This document shows positions 38,031 to 47,690 of a DNA stretch of 64,000 bases, piece after piece. Below the pieces are notes generated by a model. The model saw nothing but the letters and a program-made list of their open reading frames with translations. It had not been told where the DNA came from and made no database searches. Origin of the DNA: a virus (taxonomy: Duplodnaviria; Caudoviricetes); IMG/VR virus record IMGVR_UViG_3300027776_000002, positions 10,414 through 74,413 of that record. The stretch is one strand, 5' to 3'. Positions within the stretch are counted from its first letter, which is position 1. Each line of letters opens with the position of its first letter. A program made the position numbers and the translations under genes.

Positions 38031-38079
38031 GAGAGTCGTCCTGTTCAGTGGGTTAGATCGAGTGCGCAGTATAGACAGA

Positions 38080-38107
38080 AAGCCCCGCAATGCGGGGCTT
38101 CTTTTTT
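38080..38107. terminator. Terminator-like hairpin between gp51 and the vRNAP gene
   Basis: AAGCCCCGC/GCGGGGCTT; strong T-run on +, weak on -. Confidence 0.6.
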
Positions 38108-40190
38108 ACTGTCGAGCCGGTCGAATGATGCGATCGATGTCGCTGTCGGTGGGGGTACGTCGAGTCTTGATCAAACCCATCAGCATATCCATCCAGTCCT
38201 CTTCATTCGGCTTTGTCGTGTCAAAGTTTGGACGCCAGTTCGGATTTTGAGCTACCTTGGTTTGAACGGCATTCATCACAGCAGCCGCTTCTTCCACAGC
38301 AGCGCGGAAGCGTGGAAGATTAGCAGCAGCACCAGGACGAGACTGAGCATCGATCAATGCAGCTTGATATTGCTGCAACGCACTTTGATATTTCGCTTGT
38401 GCAGCTTGCGAAACCTGCGACATTGCCCCCATCGATTCATTCGCAAGTGTACGCTGTGAAGTCTTGCCTGAGAGATAATCGTCCATCGTGGCTCGGAGAT
38501 TATCATCATTGATTCGAATACCTCCTGCCAAGTTTGGAGTAATTTCATTACCTCCAAAAGCAGCAGGACCACGCCATAACTTGGAAAGAAGACCGTCCGC
38601 CTGTTCTGTATTGGCAGACATCATCGCACCAGCCATCGCTGGATTGATTCGACCCCCACTCTTGTTAACGATGTGGTTGATTTGATCCAGCAGGAATCCA
38701 CGATTGGTACCAGCGAATGCACCACCCTTATCAGCAAGAGCAGTTGCTACTTGATTCGCATCACGAGAATCGGAAGCCAGATTTGCGTAATTTGCAGAAA
38801 TACCAGTGGCATTGTTCTGACCAAGACGTTCTTGCAATGTACGATCCACCATATGAGCAGCAAAGTTTGCTTCTGGCCCAGTTGGACTTGGGGCGCCAAA
38901 TCGCTGGCCGTAGTCAGAAAGACGAGTGCCATTCGCATCAGCTGGATTGATCTTGCCACCACTCGTGATGAATTTTTGCACACCACCGATACCACCGAGA
39001 TGCGCCATGCCACGAATCGAATCGCGATCAATAACAACACCACCAATGTTTTGACCGTAGAAACGATCCAGACCCATGTTCTTCGCTTGCTGATCAATAT
39101 CAGCGAAGTGCCAATCGGCTACTTTGTCTTGTACATCTTTCCCGGATGTACGGAACTGTTCTGGTGTCATGTTTTGCGGGATGACACCAGCACGTTTCGC
39201 ATCAGCCAGACGATCCTGTCCGAATTGCAGTGCACCAAAATGACCACGCTTACCGCCAGAGCCAACTGCATTGTTTGAGGCACCATAATTGCCACCACTT
39301 TCACTTCCAAGGAGACCAACAGATTGCGCCCATGCAGCACCGCTACTCGGACGTTGAGCAGTCTCGCCAGCAACTCCACCACTGGCACCAGCACCACCGG
39401 AACCAAGAGGAGCATAGACATTTCCGTAACCATAATTACCGAGACCTTGCATCGCTTTGGAAAAAGCCTCGGGAGACATTTGGCCAGACATGCGTTCCAA
39501 CGCAGCACGAGCATCGGTTGGAGTAGCTGAAGTACGAAGCACTTCGATGAGCGCAGCATTCGCCTGATCGCCAGCATTGTCATTGCGAATGTTTCGGCCG
39601 AATCCGTAACGATCTTCTGTCAGTCGTTGACTCGTGACATCACGAGCAAGATCACGAGTAGCGAGTTGATCCACATCGCCAAGTACACCAGCATATTGAT
39701 CCGGGCGTAAACCTGGAATCTTCTGGAGCGTGGCAAGCGCAGTGTTCATCTGACCAGCAGCAGCCAGCGAACGAGCAGTGTTGATTGCATCCGAATTCTG
39801 ATCGAGAATCTGATTACCACTAATCGTACGATCACGACCGTATTGAGTAAACGCTTGATCTTGTGCGTTATACCCACGTTGGTCAGTTTTCATTGCACGA
39901 TTAACAAGCGTATCAGCATACTCACCAACACCACGCAAAGTGGCTAGCGATGCACGGCTCCCATCTGCGCCAATCACTGCATTTGGATTGAATTGCGTTG
40001 GATCAGTAACACCTACCATCCGTTGCAGGATTGCACGATCAGCAGCTTGTGCATTCGCATTACGGATGGTATCAACCATTTCTGTTCCAGACTGCGTGGC
40101 ATTACTGAGCAATTGACTCATAACGCGATAACTATCTGCAATCCCCGAAAAATTCGGAGATGCGACATTATCCCAAGTCAGTCGAGCCAT
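38106..40190 (-). CDS. Internal virion/ejection protein with a lysozyme-like domain (N4 gp51-like)
   Basis: MARLTWDNV start; central SESGGNYGASN...GHFGALQF...MAHLGG...NGT...Y transglycosylase-like pattern. Confidence 0.8.
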   Translation of the reverse strand: MARLTWDNVASPNFSGIADSYRVMSQLLSNATQSGTEMVDTIRNANAQAADRAILQRMVGVTDPTQFNPNAVIGADGSRASLATLRGVGEYADTLVNRAMKTDQRGYNAQDQAFTQYGRDRTISGNQILDQNSDAINTARSLAAAGQMNTALATLQKIPGLRPDQYAGVLGDVDQLATRDLARDVTSQRLTEDRYGFGRNIRNDNAGDQANAALIEVLRTSATPTDARAALERMSGQMSPEAFSKAMQGLGNYGYGNVYAPLGSGGAGASGGVAGETAQRPSSGAAWAQSVGLLGSESGGNYGASNNAVGSGGKRGHFGALQFGQDRLADAKRAGVIPQNMTPEQFRTSGKDVQDKVADWHFADIDQQAKNMGLDRFYGQNIGGVVIDRDSIRGMAHLGGIGGVQKFITSGGKINPADANGTRLSDYGQRFGAPSPTGPEANFAAHMVDRTLQERLGQNNATGISANYANLASDSRDANQVATALADKGGAFAGTNRGFLLDQINHIVNKSGGRINPAMAGAMMSANTEQADGLLSKLWRGPAAFGGNEITPNLAGGIRINDDNLRATMDDYLSGKTSQRTLANESMGAMSQVSQAAQAKYQSALQQYQAALIDAQSRPGAAANLPRFRAAVEEAAAVMNAVQTKVAQNPNWRPNFDTTKPNEEDWMDMLMGLIKTRRTPTDSDIDRIIRPARQ

Positions 40191-40200
40191 GATTTACTCC

Positions 40201-40587
40201 TTAGCCGCCAAGAAGACGATTCTTATCGATGTATGCTTGCTGCTCGGCGGAAGTTTGACCTTCAGCCGCAGCTCGGGAACGAGCACGATCTTCCAATGCA
40301 GTGTTATACGAAGCGATTTGATTATTGAGATTTGCCGTAGCGATTCGCTTGGTAAAATTCAACTGATCTTTCGCCAACTTATTGGACTGCCATGCCCCCC
40401 AAATGTTGCCGATGGTGTTTAACCCCTGCATACCGAGTTGAAAAGTTGGTGCGTTCCAGCCTAACTGAAAACCAGATGCAGCAGCATTTGGATCAGCACC
40501 CACCATTCCAGTATTAGCAGGTTGCTGCGGTACTTGATTCATGCCGTAGTTTTGCATGCCCCATTGGGCAGAAGGAATCCAAGACAT
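40201..40587 (-). CDS. Small virion protein (N4 gp52-like)
   Basis: N..NQIASYNTALEDR.RSR pattern; N4 gene order. Confidence 0.8.
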   Translation of the reverse strand: MSWIPSAQWGMQNYGMNQVPQQPANTGMVGADPNAAASGFQLGWNAPTFQLGMQGLNTIGNIWGAWQSNKLAKDQLNFTKRIATANLNNQIASYNTALEDRARSRAAAEGQTSAEQQAYIDKNRLLGG

Positions 40588-40602
40588 AGTGTTCTCCGTG
40601 AA

Positions 40603-43122
40603 TCAGTATTGAAGATCGGTAGAGGTAGTGATTTCAGAAAAATTGGCAAGCATGTTAAGACTCATGTCTGCCACATCACTTCCGCACATGAGGGTACGTT
40701 GTAGGAATGAGTCCAAGGATTCTATATTGATCTCCAAGGTTTCAGTCAACTCAAAAACGTCGATATAGGCTCGGCCTATGCCGAGGTTTCTGGTCCAAGC
40801 CTCTCGAATTCTACGGGATTCTTCTTCATATTGGTCAAGTACATTCTGACTTTTTTGGTAAATTTCGGCCGTGGCAGCATTCATGTATCCGGCATAGCCT
40901 TGCCCAAGCGCATTTGTGAGTGCAAGGATATTATCCGCACGCATCAATCCACTAAACGCTGTGCTGAGAGTTTGACCAGAAGCGACTGCATTACCAATGT
41001 TCAAAGCGACAATCGATACGATTGCACCGATGATCGCACCCCATTTCTCACCGAAGATCTTCGTAGAAACTCTAGTGATCAAACTAGTAATAACCATACT
41101 GGCAAGCACATAAATCGTCGCTGCAAGAATGATTGCCATTGTCGTACCACCAAGAGCAGCAGCCAATGCTGTTAGTACAGCTGGTGTACTGGTGCCCCAT
41201 GTCACGATAATAATAATAATTGCAACAACAATCAAAATGATCTTGAAAAGTGTCGTCTGATACCACTTCTGTTTGACGACCTTGTAACAATTGAACACCA
41301 TGAAAGAACACGCTGTCGCCATCTGGGTTCCGTCAACAAGTCCCATTGCACGATAGATGCCTTCATGAAGTGGAATAATGAATCCAGATTCATCATTATC
41401 TTCAAGAGCTTCCTTTGCAGTAATTTCAACTGCCTTACCTTTATAGATAAGATTTCTATGCTTGAGACCTATGATACGTATCTTACGCCATGTCGTTTCA
41501 GTCTCTTGCCAATTTAGAATGATCTCATCAACTCCAACAGATGCAGTGAGAATTCGCTGCCATACGTTGTCTTGTTCACCCCACGCCGTCTCATTGAATT
41601 CACTAGTTGTACCAATCGAGAACCACAACTCATCTCGCTTGGCATCGGGCTTAATCAACCCAGTGCCCGTTGTTTCTTGAATTGCATTCCACGAAACGGT
41701 CATGTCGTAATTCATGACCGGATTGGAGCCAGAGGACACCCGAATAGAGCTTCCAGGCATCGCTGGATAAGGCAGCTTTACTGGCTCGAGGGTTCCATAG
41801 AGTGGATCACCAGGATCGTTCTGTGCAGCGCCCCAGGCTGTCCAAACATCCCAAGAATCCTTGGCTTCCTCCCAAGCTATTCGCCATGTGGCATAAGCAG
41901 CACTACCTGTTTCCGGGAAGTCGTTGATAATCTCCTGAAAGAATTTGTAGACGTATTTACGGGAAGCGTTTTCGAGTACATTCAACGACACACCAAAAAC
42001 AGTGTATGCGTAATCGATATCGTCAAGACTCTCATTGTTCGAGAGATCTTCGACCATTTTATCGAACTTACCGGTAGTTGCTTTTTTATAGCCCTTCTTG
42101 GCTAGTGCATAAACTTCTGGTAAGTAAGTTTCACTGACGAATTTGTTGTTGATTCGGAATGGAATGAAAGGAAAAAACTGTCCCATTCCATCAGCTTGAA
42201 CAAAAAGTGCATCAAGGACAGAGTTACCATTTCCTTCTTGGTAAATAAAGACGCGCATTGGAGTACGAGAAGATCCGTAAATCTTCTGCTCATCGATACG
42301 ATACGAACGTATCGGTGGTGGTTCGACAGGTGGATCCGGAGGAGGATCTTCGGGTTCGCCAGGAAGTGTGTCTTGATACATCGTTTCCTTCAAAGAATAC
42401 GTTGCATCTCGATCTGGTGCTTGCCCTATGTAGGTAGTACGTTCCCAAACACCATGAATCTCACCAGCACCATCATCGGTGTAGCTGATTTCAGTCCATC
42501 CCGTGATGTCGGGGAAATCATCATCATCTTCAAGATCGACAACTTCACCTTCAACAACTGAATCCACTGCACCCATAGTTTCTTCGGTGTAGACAGCGTA
42601 TAGATAAGAACCAAGAGGATCATATCCAATGGGAGTAAAACTACTCGTAGTGGTATCAGCCCAGAGAATGGTGATGGTATTAGTTTCTTCGTCGAAGTCA
42701 GTCGTATATTCAGTTGCTAGACGTTGCGGATAATTTAGAGAGATCCATTGATCCGCCCAGAATGTGTAATCCGCTGCGTCAATAGTGGCATTTTGAACTA
42801 AGATCGTGGAACCAAAAGAAGCAGGAATTTGTCCCGCCACTACAGAAATATCGACACTATTTGTCGTACTGATACTGCCCGTAACAAGACCGACCACATC
42901 ATTGTAATCAGTGCGATCTGCCCAATTTGCAAATGAACGAAAACGCATCCCTGGACCTTTGAGATACGTATCTGTGATAACGCCAGAAATGGAAGGTTTA
43001 TGATTCAAGACCGCTCCAAGAACGGTCGTCTTGAGAAAATTCGCACGTTGAGTTTCATCCCCCGCCATGTTGTACACGACGGAGGAGACATAGGTCTTCT
43101 TCTTTCGACTGAAGATGCCCAT
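40603..43122 (-). CDS. Structural protein (N4 gp53-like)
   Basis: Start MGIFSRKKKTYVSS; hydrophobic C-terminal segments after KWYQT; N4 gene order. Confidence 0.82.
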   Translation of the reverse strand: MGIFSRKKKTYVSSVVYNMAGDETQRANFLKTTVLGAVLNHKPSISGVITDTYLKGPGMRFRSFANWADRTDYNDVVGLVTGSISTTNSVDISVVAGQIPASFGSTILVQNATIDAADYTFWADQWISLNYPQRLATEYTTDFDEETNTITILWADTTTSSFTPIGYDPLGSYLYAVYTEETMGAVDSVVEGEVVDLEDDDDFPDITGWTEISYTDDGAGEIHGVWERTTYIGQAPDRDATYSLKETMYQDTLPGEPEDPPPDPPVEPPPIRSYRIDEQKIYGSSRTPMRVFIYQEGNGNSVLDALFVQADGMGQFFPFIPFRINNKFVSETYLPEVYALAKKGYKKATTGKFDKMVEDLSNNESLDDIDYAYTVFGVSLNVLENASRKYVYKFFQEIINDFPETGSAAYATWRIAWEEAKDSWDVWTAWGAAQNDPGDPLYGTLEPVKLPYPAMPGSSIRVSSGSNPVMNYDMTVSWNAIQETTGTGLIKPDAKRDELWFSIGTTSEFNETAWGEQDNVWQRILTASVGVDEIILNWQETETTWRKIRIIGLKHRNLIYKGKAVEITAKEALEDNDESGFIIPLHEGIYRAMGLVDGTQMATACSFMVFNCYKVVKQKWYQTTLFKIILIVVAIIIIIVTWGTSTPAVLTALAAALGGTTMAIILAATIYVLASMVITSLITRVSTKIFGEKWGAIIGAIVSIVALNIGNAVASGQTLSTAFSGLMRADNILALTNALGQGYAGYMNAATAEIYQKSQNVLDQYEEESRRIREAWTRNLGIGRAYIDVFELTETLEINIESLDSFLQRTLMCGSDVADMSLNMLANFSEITTSTDLQY

Positions 43123-43126
43123 GTGA

Positions 43127-43969
43127 TTACGCACCCAAATTGTTATTTGTTTTAATAGTGGTGAGAATTGCATCAAGACTGCTGTTTGTAAAACCATCAG
43201 GTGGCAGCAAACCTTCGTCGATGGTTTTTTGCACAGTCCATGCATCAGCAAACATTTTCGCAGCCTTCATTTCAGCATCTCGCTGATAACTCACAATTTG
43301 CTGGTTATAAAGATCCTTCTGTTTACCAAGCACACCAACAACCAACGCACCATCAGTACGATTATTGAGAGTCTGAGCACGAGCAGCTTCGGTTTGTTCC
43401 AGTAGCATCAACTTTTGCTGGGGCAGAATGTTAGCCAACTGGAATTCACCAGATGCAAAAGTCACATCTTCAGTTGCGAGCTTCAATTTTGTCAGAGCGT
43501 AGTTCGCTCGGGAGTTGAGTGCTTCAAGCAACACAGCAGTGTATTGCACTTTGGCGGTTTCGAGTTGAACTCGTGCAGAGATTGCTTGTGCTTGTGCCGT
43601 GACAGCTTGCCAAAAAGCACCATCACGACCTAACAAGAATTGAACAGCACCAGCCATTGCATTGCCAGTGAGTGCAATGAAGGCTTTTGTATATTCAGCA
43701 CCAGAAATTCGATTCGCATCAAATTCATCTCTAAGATGCACCTTAAAGCCAGTCATTAGTGCATCAAACGCACCATTCCCACCAACCACACCAGTTGTCA
43801 AATCAGCATTCGTAAGACGACTGACTAACTTATAGAGGTCTGAATTGACATCACTTGGGAGTTTAAAAGATGGATCATCAAAATTGATTTCTGGAATCGG
43901 AATGTTCTCGCCTTGCATCAGCGAAAGCATTAGTTGGTTTGCATTGATTGCGCCGCCGTGAATTGCCAT
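43127..43969 (-). CDS. Structural protein (N4 gp54-like)
   Basis: LT.G.VGG.G.FD.LM, KQKDLY.QQI.SY.RDAE.KAAK, AW..QKTIDEG. Confidence 0.82.
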   Translation of the reverse strand: MAIHGGAINANQLMLSLMQGENIPIPEINFDDPSFKLPSDVNSDLYKLVSRLTNADLTTGVVGGNGAFDALMTGFKVHLRDEFDANRISGAEYTKAFIALTGNAMAGAVQFLLGRDGAFWQAVTAQAQAISARVQLETAKVQYTAVLLEALNSRANYALTKLKLATEDVTFASGEFQLANILPQQKLMLLEQTEAARAQTLNNRTDGALVVGVLGKQKDLYNQQIVSYQRDAEMKAAKMFADAWTVQKTIDEGLLPPDGFTNSSLDAILTTIKTNNNLGA

Positions 43970-44050
43970 TTTGCTTTCCTTGTGAATTCAGAAAAAAGAA
44001 CGGCCCATCAGACCATAAGATCTGTGGGCCGTCCACCAACGCTTTAAGGC

Positions 44051-44680
44051 TTAGCTCAAGCCGCCAGCAGCGAGTTGGGCCGTACCCAGGCGAGCGAGTT
44101 CGTCCTTCGTGAGTGGAGGCAGAACTTCAAGGGCAAATTCGAGCGCCCAATTTTGTTCCACCTTGATCACGTTGCCGTTTTTCTTATCCTTGAACGTGCG
44201 AATGTTGAGAAACTTTCGCGTCTTTAGATTCTTGTAGAGGATGTACGGAACGTGGTATCCGTCTTCGGTGACTTCACCATAGGGGATGAATTTTGACACG
44301 GTTCCGAGGAAGTTATTGGCGACAGTAAAAATCTCACCAGGAAGATCTTTTTTCTTTGGATCCATGTTGGTGATACGCAGACGCACCAATCGCATGTTTT
44401 CACGCGTCAGACGTTGACGAAGGGTTTCCTTCTTGGGAGTCGGATTCGCTGGATCATTGAGCGATGGTACGTCGGTAGATGGAATTTCCGAAATGTCATC
44501 AGATGGCGGATTGCTAGTACTCGACATCTTGTCTGCAATCTTCTGACGCAGCGTTTCGATGCCGATGTTGTTCGAGAACGGGATTCCCATCATCGTGGCA
44601 CGCTGTTTGAGCATAGTCATTTCATCTGGCATTTGCTCGTTACCGTTGCCATCGTTTTCTTGGGTTTGATCGGTGCTCAT
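44051..44680 (-). CDS. Conserved N4-like protein (gp55-like)
   Basis: LKQRA..MGI.FSNNIG.E.L, RLRITNMDPKKKDL.GEI, LPPLT..EL..L...Q. Confidence 0.8.
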   Translation of the reverse strand: MSTDQTQENDGNGNEQMPDEMTMLKQRATMMGIPFSNNIGIETLRQKIADKMSSTSNPPSDDISEIPSTDVPSLNDPANPTPKKETLRQRLTRENMRLVRLRITNMDPKKKDLPGEIFTVANNFLGTVSKFIPYGEVTEDGYHVPYILYKNLKTRKFLNIRTFKDKKNGNVIKVEQNWALEFALEVLPPLTKDELARLGTAQLAAGGLS

Positions 44681-44701
44681 TTCTTGGTCCTTGTTAGAAG
44701 T

Positions 44702-44733
44702 TGGAACCAGGGAGATTTTTCTCCCTGGTTCCA
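44702..44733. terminator. Stable hairpin after the major capsid gene
   Basis: TGGAACCAGGGAGA-TTTT-TCTCCCTGGTTCCA. Confidence 0.6.
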
Positions 44734-44754
44734 GTTGCTTCGATGGTCAGTTTA

Positions 44755-45978
44755 TTACACTGGGGCAACGGTCTTAATCAGACCGATACGTTCCGGACGC
44801 ATGATCAGGATACCGTAGTACCACTTGATCGAACTAAAGCCAGTCTCACCGTATGGATCATTGCGATCCGCAGTCTCACGACCTGGCATCTTGGTGAGCA
44901 CGTTGAACTTCACCGTCTTGCCATCGGTTTGGAAGCCGATAGTGGTGAAACTGTTATCACCGACCACAAGGATCGGGAATACATCGTAGTGCTCTTCACC
45001 GCCAACCATAGTCGAACGGTAGCCAGGATTCGCATCCACTTCGGCACCAGCACCGGCCCAATGCAGCATCTCTGGAACCTGCACAAAACGGAACGCATCA
45101 ATCGAACCGATTTCACCATTTAGCACATTGCCTGCATCGGAGTAGTGCTGAATCTCGATGAAAGCCTTGTTGTTGAACAGATCTTTCATTCCTTTCAACA
45201 AGGGGACCAGTTCGGAACCGATGAAGGCAATGCGACCAGCCGGGATGACCTTGGTATCGATCATGCGGGAACCAGTGATCACCTTGGTCTGTTTCGGAGT
45301 GCGATTGTCGGTGAGAATCTGATCAAGACGCATCAGATCCGCATACGTCACCAACGACGCCGGAGTATCAGGATCGGGAACGGTATCCACTTCACCCGTG
45401 ATCTCGTCGTCCGAGGTGGCAGCACCAGCAAACAAAATCACACCGGCACCAGCCAACAGATCCTTTTGCAGCACGGCTTCGGTCAACTGCACTGCACCAT
45501 TCATCAGCTCACGCGCCAGATGATCTTTCAAAGCATCATCCGAATCGAAGTCTTGCGACTCCTGCGTCCACTCGTGGAAAAAGCCGAACTTGTGGATCGA
45601 ACCTTCACGGCTGATACGGGTGAAACCGACTCGGTTCACACGACCACCATTCTCGGTCAGCAGCGGCAGCTTCGCAGTGATCGTGCCAACGTCACGGCTG
45701 GAACCATACAGGTTGCCGCCCACGATGCTCACACCATTGGCGTCGATGCCTTGATCGTTGATGTTGCGGTCGTCCAACAGCGGCACGTACTCGTATACCT
45801 TGATCATCTTGCCCATGTTCTTGGGCATGTTGGTGACGCTGGCAAGCGGCATGAAATACTGCTCTTTACGCGACTCGATGATCGCCTTCTTCAGCCAGAA
45901 GAAGGTGTTCATCTGGTCGCTACCAGCGCCGTCGATGGTGGACTTCTGCCCATCGATTGGGGCGTTGTAGTTCAACAT
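44755..45978 (-). CDS. Major capsid protein (N4 gp56-like)
   Basis: [60 protein letters not shown]; high GC3. Confidence 0.95.
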   Translation of the reverse strand: MLNYNAPIDGQKSTIDGAGSDQMNTFFWLKKAIIESRKEQYFMPLASVTNMPKNMGKMIKVYEYVPLLDDRNINDQGIDANGVSIVGGNLYGSSRDVGTITAKLPLLTENGGRVNRVGFTRISREGSIHKFGFFHEWTQESQDFDSDDALKDHLARELMNGAVQLTEAVLQKDLLAGAGVILFAGAATSDDEITGEVDTVPDPDTPASLVTYADLMRLDQILTDNRTPKQTKVITGSRMIDTKVIPAGRIAFIGSELVPLLKGMKDLFNNKAFIEIQHYSDAGNVLNGEIGSIDAFRFVQVPEMLHWAGAGAEVDANPGYRSTMVGGEEHYDVFPILVVGDNSFTTIGFQTDGKTVKFNVLTKMPGRETADRNDPYGETGFSSIKWYYGILIMRPERIGLIKTVAPV

Positions 45979-45990
45979 GGTTCAGTTTCC

Positions 45991-47334
45991 TTAAAGGCGA
46001 CCCTCAAATACGGCGACCTGTTTCATGAAGGTGTCGTCATCGAGAGCAAGTGGGTTTACAGAAATATCAACTTTTCGAGTATTCGTACGAGTGGGAGACG
46101 CCGCACTCGCTTTGTCACCATTCTTCACAGCAGGCTTTGGCGTCTGGACCCGAGTTACAACAGGAGTTTTTTGTTCCTGTGACTTCGGATCGGGAGCTTT
46201 ATTCAGATGATCGAATTTGCCTTCTTCAGCAAATTGATCACCGATTGCCTTATACGCATGAAGGAATGGGACATTTGCAGGAAGTGTACCAAGTGTGCGC
46301 TGGCGGTCAATTTCCGCAGCCACGAGATCGTAAATACCGCTCTCGCGTTGAGAATGAATCAGCGACATCACTTCTGGTTGCTTCCACAGCACTTCCTTAC
46401 TGGCTTGATCCCATTGGGATTGAATCATTTGAAGAGTAACTTTACCTTCTGGATTGGAACTTAGTTCGTCCAGTTGTGTGCGAAAGTTTGCTTCTTCTTC
46501 CGATACCCCGTGATTGCCTTGAACGTAAGTTTTTGCTTGAGGATCTTCAAGATCGATTTCTCGTGGATCGATCCCTGCATCCTTGATCAATTTCTTGATT
46601 GCTTCAGGATTCTTCTTATCCAGGTCGATCAGATAAGACAGTTTGTCCTGGTCGAGTAATTGATTATTTTCGAGCATGAGCAGAATTTTTCGATGCGGAG
46701 CGATTGCTTGCATCTTTCGAGTGTAGTTAGCACCCAACTGCATTAGCTGAATTGCTTCTTCTGGACTCTTCAGATCAATGTTCTTTCCGTTTGCACGGAG
46801 TGGAGCCATAATCTTTTCATAGAGAACTTTGTAATCGGGAATTGCCTGTTTTTCATCAGCCTTGGAACCAGGAGGATCTTTTCCATCACCCTGAGATCCA
46901 TCACCTTCGGCAGGCTTGTCTTTCTGCTTGGGATCCTTCGAATCCTTTGCATCAGGTGCCTTGCCATCAGCGGGCTTTTTGTCGGCAGGATCTTTCCCTT
47001 GTGACTTGTCTTTGGAAAGATTACCACTTTCTCCCGCTTTGTCACTAGAGATTTCTTTGTCGTCCTTACTGTCTTCACCCTTGGAATCTTTGCCGTCGCT
47101 ATTAAGATCATCCCCAGCGCCAGCATCATTGTCTTTTTGACTGTCTGAATCGTCATCCTGCTTGCCATCACCGGCACCAGAATCGTCACCATCGCCATCA
47201 GTGTTTGGTTTGTCTCCCTGAGCATCTTCCCTACCCTCACCATCTGCCGAAGCAGATGGGGGGGCTGGGAGCTTCAGGAAGTCATCATCGGACATACCAA
47301 GTGGGTTGGTTGCCGCATTGACTTCAGTGCCCAT
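45991..47334 (-). CDS. N4 gp57-like protein (annotated tape-measure/scaffold in relatives)
   Basis: MSDDDFL, D/K-rich low-complexity N-terminus, LMQ.GANY..KMQ, NPLA.DD..F.K. Confidence 0.8.
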   Translation of the reverse strand: MGTEVNAATNPLGMSDDDFLKLPAPPSASADGEGREDAQGDKPNTDGDGDDSGAGDGKQDDDSDSQKDNDAGAGDDLNSDGKDSKGEDSKDDKEISSDKAGESGNLSKDKSQGKDPADKKPADGKAPDAKDSKDPKQKDKPAEGDGSQGDGKDPPGSKADEKQAIPDYKVLYEKIMAPLRANGKNIDLKSPEEAIQLMQLGANYTRKMQAIAPHRKILLMLENNQLLDQDKLSYLIDLDKKNPEAIKKLIKDAGIDPREIDLEDPQAKTYVQGNHGVSEEEANFRTQLDELSSNPEGKVTLQMIQSQWDQASKEVLWKQPEVMSLIHSQRESGIYDLVAAEIDRQRTLGTLPANVPFLHAYKAIGDQFAEEGKFDHLNKAPDPKSQEQKTPVVTRVQTPKPAVKNGDKASAASPTRTNTRKVDISVNPLALDDDTFMKQVAVFEGRL

Positions 47335-47666
47335 TATTCGACCTCCTCCGCACGAGCCTCAGCGATGGCCTGTTCGAGATCAGGCAATAGTCGTTCGGCC
47401 TGATTTCCCATAGTGATCTGAACAGACAGAAATCGACGGATATGCCCAGCAGCTTGAGCGATTGCAAGAGCATCCGCACGAGCACGGTCATCAAGAGCAG
47501 GGTTAGCACTTTCCTGCGCATACCGAGCGCATTCGGTAACGCAAAACGCATCAACGATGAGCTTTTTGAAGTCCGGATTCTTGTAGAGACGAAGTGCAAT
47601 CTCCCGACGTTCGAGGGCGAGTTTGGAATCGGCGAGTTGCTGTTCAAGATCGAAGACGTCAGACAT
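47334..47666 (-). CDS. Conserved N4-like protein (gp58-like)
   Basis: L.KNPDFKKLI...F...ECARY; between portal and gp57. Confidence 0.75.
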   Translation of the reverse strand: MSDVFDLEQQLADSKLALERREIALRLYKNPDFKKLIVDAFCVTECARYAQESANPALDDRARADALAIAQAAGHIRRFLSVQITMGNQAERLLPDLEQAIAEARAEEVE

Positions 47667-47690
47667 GGCTGAATGGTCCTTTAGATGAAA

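Noticed and set aside
27458-38459. Many + strand ORFs up to 458 aa within the vRNAP gene
   Set aside because: Antisense shadows of a clearly identified gene.
45145-46182. 345-aa + strand ORF
   Set aside because: Shadow ORF opposite the high-GC3 major capsid gene.
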